Shown: positions 58,501 through 64,000 of the stretch, one piece after another
Layout: the number at the start of each line of letters is the position of its first letter
Position numbering within the stretch: position 1 is the first letter of the stretch
NCBI GenBank assembly: GCA_036867785.1
Contig: CP145413.1
Coordinates: forward strand, 1,178,001 to 1,242,000
Reading direction: 5' to 3'
Source: Plasmodiophora brassicae
Taxonomy: Eukaryota
Length of the DNA: 64,000 nt
Made by a program: the position numbers and the translations under genes
The notes under the pieces: generated by a model
Seen by the model: only the letters and a program-made list of their open reading frames with translations
Told to the model about the DNA's origin: nothing
Databases searched by the model: none

Positions 58501-61500
58501 TCGACAAGAAAACCCCATTGACGCGTCGGAACAGTGACGCGCTTACGTCATCTAGGAGAAGCTGTCCCGCCTGATCCCATGGAGTGCTGACGTCATCCTT
58601 AACCATCGAAGCCAGTTTGGTTAATAGTATCGGAACGTCGTTTTGAAGTATAGACACAATCGAGTGAGCCACCGGGCACGACCATTTCGGAGACGACAGC
58701 AAGGTACGAATTACGTCCACAGCTTCGCAACCCAGAACAGTTAGCGAAGGATCAGGTTGCCCATCAGGGTTGACGCTACTATCCAACATGGAATTCTGTC
58801 CACAAATGTCCCACAAACGGTCTAAAGTATCACCAAGATTAGGTATTGACGAAGAGCGCCGTTCACGGATTGCATCGACGTTCGCCGCGTCAAAAGCGAT
58901 CATTCGCCGATACAGTCGAAGGGATAAAACACGCGTCACCATTGACGAAGATGAGAAATGTTGTGCTAGTACTTGCAGGAAGCCAAACCGCCACAGTTGA
59001 GAGGTAAATTCAGCCTGGTTGCTGCAGCGAAGCAATGCCGACAGCTTTTCGTTGACAAATAAGTCAATCTCTAATTGTGACAACGATGGACTGCATTGAC
59101 GATAACTCCCCCGATATCCTACATCAGCTTTCTGGTGGATGTGCCTATAAACGCGTAAGCGGTTACTCTTCCTTTCAAAGTACCCGTGATACGATACCAG
59201 TTCACTGGCGCATTCAATAACCGCGCTAGCTTTGCTCGAGTATCCCAATCCGTCCCCGGCACTTTTCCAGAGTTGATTCCGGAAGATGATTCTCCTGCGA
59301 ATTCCCCATGAAGCATAGTGATCCGCGTGTCCATAGCAGTGAACGAAGCTGCTAATCTCACAGGCCCAGACAAGTTGCGAAATGCAATTCCTTGCGAGAC
59401 GCCGTTGCGAAGAAATTCGATTGTGCGCATGTCAAAATCCAAGATAATACCAATGACATCACCTGAGGAGAACTGATCACCATATTTCTCGGCGGAAGAA
59501 GAGTGGTACTTCGAGCCAGTTGCAGCAACATATCCCCAACCACCCTGCGTTCCACCAACACAACGACTGACAGAATAGTTGGTCTCGAATGATGTCGGCA
59601 CAACGCCGATTACGATTTTCCAAGTGTTCGGCGTTTCACCGCTGTTGTCAATCCGAACTTGTAGTTTGCACACGCCAGAGAGGTAAGACTTTGCGGAACG
59701 AACGACTTGCCAGTTTTGCGAATCGGATTGATTACAGACGGAGTCAGGACGCGAACGATCAGACCCAATAAATTCGATGTCTTGAGAGCCGTCAACTTCC
59801 CAATAGTCGGAGCCCGACAAACTAGACGAGCTGGCAGAACTGTGCACTGCATCGTGAATAACTGGATTAAAAGGGGCGTTTCCGGATATGGGCAAGCCAG
59901 GGGTCAGACGGTCGTCAAGCACACTTTGCGGATGACATAACGTTCCGTAGATCTCAAACCCACTCAGGGCCAAGTACCTACAGAGAGTTTGTTCAATGAC
60001 TTACGTGAAAATAACACTTACTATACTGTACCAAGTGTTATTCGAATTTGGACCAGTCATTAAAATGCGGAACATGCTATAGAAATCAGCGCACTCGAGA
60101 GGCCAAGAAAATGACTGTCCGGAAGCTTGTAAAGAGTCGTCATTGTCATGTACTCGAATCCAGGTCCACGACACTCCATCAGAAGAGCCCTCAAGCCGCC
60201 AACTGCGAAGCGCTTCAACGTTGTAACTTGAGTAGTGGCGGAGCGTGTAATAAGTTGGCCGAATAAGGCGACCAAGAAAGTCGACAATAAACCACTGGTT
60301 CTCTGCCGCAGCAGAAACACACCGAACGGCTGTGCGACCAACTATTGCTGTCGCAGGAACAGAGGTTGCCGCGAGACTCGCGTAACGTATCTGAGGGTTC
60401 ATGGGTATCAGGCAATACCAACCAGGACAAACAGTCAACTAACCTTAACGGCTCCGGTTTCTGCAGGGTTCTTGAACGTGACGTTTGAAGCTCGGGGACC
60501 GGTGATATTGTTGGTGCCCAGCGCAAACACAACTCCGTTCTCATCAAAGTCACTTTCATAGCAGAACTCTGTAAACACCGAACGTGATGATGAAGTATTA
60601 TGTGCACCCGTTTGCCCATTATAAGACATGGCAGATGGAGGCGAGCCACAAGCTCTGCACGCATTCCATTGGATACCATTTATAAACGTGCACTGTACAA
60701 GTAGGACCTCGAATCAGAGTTCAATCTGGCCACTGACGAATATCTTACCGTGTGACATTGCCAAACATAAGCGTCAGGAGCACTGCCCGTCTTATCCATC
60801 ATCAAGTCATTCCCGTTATTTCTGGCGATCTCTCGGTGGTACTGGAAAGCATTCTTAATGTCGCCGGAAGCAGCGTTTACTTCGAAGGACCGCATAACGC
60901 AAAGAAGGTTGACCTGCTCGGCGACCTTTCCGACCAGGATCCCCATCGAACTGCTGTCAACCTGCCCTAGCCCAATGTCGATAGCAGAAGTAGGCTTTGT
61001 TTGCGTACAGGAAACATAAAGAAGCACGCGGAACAAAGACCAAGCGCAGAAGCGAACGTTCCAAGGCATCAACCGTAAACGCCCTTCTCGAAGCAGGTCA
61101 CTTAAACCTTTCGGGACACCCAAAATTCCTGCATTACAAGCTGGATAGGCCAAGAGAGGCGACAAGGAGTCCACTATCCCAGTTCGTAGTAGGTGATCCA
61201 GGTCCCGACCACAATATGGAAACGTGCAGAGATCCATTAACTTAAGATATTGCTGAGCGGTTTTACGAGGGCGACCAACAAGTTGCGATATCACCGAAAA
61301 GAAGCAGTCACGGACTGCACCCCGCATTTTGATTTCGCATCCATCTAGCCCATAGAGGTAGTGTGCAGAACTATTCTGTTCAACAACAGTGGCTAAACAA
61401 ATTGCAGATGAAGGTTTCATCGACGAAGATTCCGCCGAAGCGATGTTGTCACCTGCTTCAGAAGTTGACACATCTACCGGTTGTCTGAGAGACAGAACCT

Positions 61501-64000
61501 CTGGCACATCAGAAGGAGATTCGTTGGGCGCAGGGCGATGAGGGAAACCGGGTATTCCAGTCGGCAATAGCAATGGAAAGTTTTCAAGAGTCAACAGTGC
61601 CGGAACGGTGTCAGCGTCATGTGCAGCGCATGCACGCGCGAGATCGGCTAATGTCTGGGGAAACCTTCTGGATTGCCAGCCGGCAACGGATCGGCTAAGT
61701 ATCGCTCGAATTGCGTCAGAAGGGTGTCTGCTCGATGATCTTCCGAGACGGGAAATGGCAGATGAATCTGGTGACTCCCCAGACGGTACAATATCACTTG
61801 TAGGACACCGAAAACGAACCTGACGAAGTACATCCGTAACCAGATCATCCGTGTGCAGTTCCGATATCATATTCGAGATGACGTGCAGACCCAAAAGGCG
61901 ATTGAATCCTCTCACATGACGAACGCAGAGACACTCATGAACAGCGCAGAGGTCATTTTCCAAGTCGAAGACGAACGCAGAGACCTCATTAAAGCATCGT
62001 ATAACAACAGCGTCCCAAGACGATACAATGCTGCTTGACTTGAAAGGAGCATAACCTTCAGGGATCTCCTTTTCACGGAAAGAACCATTTTCCCGTGTAA
62101 ACACGCAATTCTTTGGCGATGGATGAACCCTTAAGAGAAAGCGTAGCCGTTCTTTGCAGCGGGCGATTACAGAGCCAGCGTCCGAACCGGCATCGCACTG
62201 AGCAGCGAACTTCGAGATTTGTTCAGAAACCCTGCTTGAGTGACGAGAAATATCATGCAGGAGGTCGACTATTGTACCCGTTGAACCATGCACTTCAGAC
62301 AAACGTAGATGGAGAACACCAGTGTCCGATGCCAGAAGCTCGCAATCGTTGAAATCTTTTCGCAACATATCAGTAATTCCGCAATGATGCAAAGCAACTG
62401 CAAAGCACAGTCGGTCGAGATCGCTAGGAAGATTGAGGCCGCTGCGACCAACTAATTTTAAGACCTGCTGTTCAACAAACTCGAACTCCTGGTCCAGCAG
62501 ACTGCAGGCGTCTTCGCCGTTTGAATTTGTGGCCAGGTCATAGATAACTTGAGATATTTCAGGGATAGAATGGGCGAAATCCTCGGACGATATCGATAGA
62601 GACGTTCTCAGACCACCGAATAAAAGGCCTGACAGCCATTGACAGTTCGCGTCCTCTGCCGTCGTTTTTATCTTCGTTCCTATAAGAGTATCACCGCACA
62701 CGCTAAGAAGATTTGCCATAGTCTTGCTTAGGTCCAGAAACCAGGCCAATGGCTTCGTTTCGACTGAAGCGGTCGCCGTGACAGAGACACCCCACCCGGA
62801 GGTAGCCGGTGAAGCATCCGAACTATCGCCAGTTTTAACATGCACGATTACCGTATCGCCAGAGACCTTCAGCGGTTCTGAAGGCCACAGAGAAGCGGCT
62901 GCTGCAGAATCCACCGCAAACTGTGGTTGAACATTTGGCCCCCATATCCTTTCGGTAACTGGGACAAAAGCGTTATGACTGGATGTAAGGAGCTGCACAA
63001 AATCATCGCTCGAAGAAGTGCAAGATCGCGAGTCAAACGCTAGAGACAAAGACGACGCATATGGGATCGATAAACGAAACTGGCGGTCCATGTTCCGCGG
63101 CAGTGGATGCTCGGTCTCAACGACCCTTTTCTCAGAGACAATGGAGACGGAATGCAAACAACCCTGGCCGTCAAGAAAAGAGCATATCCTGTCAGCGGCG
63201 CGAAGACACCCAGCCAGGACATGGATGATACACGAAGAGAGTTTCGGCAGGTTGACATGAATCAACGCCAAGAGGCCACAACAGAGCGGTCGGACAAGCT
63301 GCCCGATCAAAGTTTGTTGCAATCCGGAGAAACGATGGAGATAAAATGACTGAGGGTCGGTTCCTGAGAACTGCTCCAGCTCAAGCAGAACCTTAACAAG
63401 GACAGATTCCGCACTCCTGAAGGCCAATTCAGCATACTCGCAAACGATGCCCAACTCGGGCAATGGATGGTCTCCATATCGGTAACAGATAGCCGCATCG
63501 TAATGCCGTTTTCCCGAAAGCCCTAACAGAGCCTTCTGCAAATTCTGGAGAATTCGCAAAGCCTCTCGTTGCCCAGGCTGAGCAGACGTACGGCACGTCT
63601 GCTCCGCCTTGGCATCCAACGATACCGCCGACGTTACGCATAACGATAAGAGGCTAGAGACGACCTTCCTTAAAGACTCGCGTTCATTTCGCGTGTCCTC
63701 TATAAGAGCAATAGCGGCATGGACGGACGAAAACCGCGAGAGAAGCATGTTCAGCAAATTGTTCTCAGGATGGGCCGAGTCTGGCAAATCTTTCGCATAT
63801 TGCCCCCGTGCATAATTAGCAACACGCTTGTCGAGCAAGTCTGTCAGGTAGACTATTTGCTCGTGCGCCGATGAACAGAAAAACTGCAATCCAATGGCAA
63901 AGGCCTGCGTAGCCTCATCTGCGATTACGCTCAACGAACTCTTTCCGGCGCTGTCAGCCGAGCGGTCAACATGACGTAGAACCTGTTTCCGCAACCGTAT
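49510..64000 (-). CDS. Giant HERC/HECTD-like multidomain protein (CUB-like, two SUN/F5-8-like, SPRY, RCC1 repeats, LamG-like, UBA, degenerate HECT); 5' end outside the window
   Basis: ETEHP..LAFDSR..WP..LKVSGD..WG; FCYESDFDENGV..YTLRH..ALRSWRLEGS..LALSGFEIYG; SPRY (GDVIGIILDFD..IEFLRNG); RCC1 (FGKGDSGRLG, GNGDHGRLGHGD, WGQGNTGQIG); UBA (LLMGYPSHWCLRAL); HECT-like C-terminus. Confidence 0.85.

Overview
Compact, intron-rich eukaryotic DNA (short ~44-65 nt GT-AG and some GC-AG introns, tight head-to-head and tail-to-tail gene packing). The style suggests a plasmodiophorid protist such as Plasmodiophora brassicae, but that is inference and was not verified. The best candidate for a novel system is at the left edge: one minus-strand gene fusing a PLP-dependent class I/II (ACC-synthase-like, putative C-S lyase) domain, a fungal Egt1-type sulfoxide synthase (DinB + FGE-sulfatase) and an EgtD-type histidine methyltransferase, i.e. 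an apparent single-polypeptide ergothioneine pathway. The middle holds mostly housekeeping genes: SDR, PCMT, MPTb/CinA-like protein, a glycosyltransferase, SETD3-like, PUB, Qc-SNARE, PDH E2 and E3, XPF, AFG2/SPATA5, 2OG-Fe(II) dioxygenase, IPT/TIG membrane protein, NOL9/Grc3, ERGIC/Erv46 and G6PD. An accessory block at ~33.8-45.4 kb contains a PA-like+7TM receptor family (two intact copies in the window, one pseudogene), an inverted duplication carrying two secreted ankyrin-like genes, and Ty3/Gypsy and MULE relics. The right ~14.5 kb is a giant HERC-like gene whose HECT domain lacks the catalytic Cys and the E2-binding subdomain. Exon boundaries were read by eye, and family assignments come from remembered motifs, not searches.
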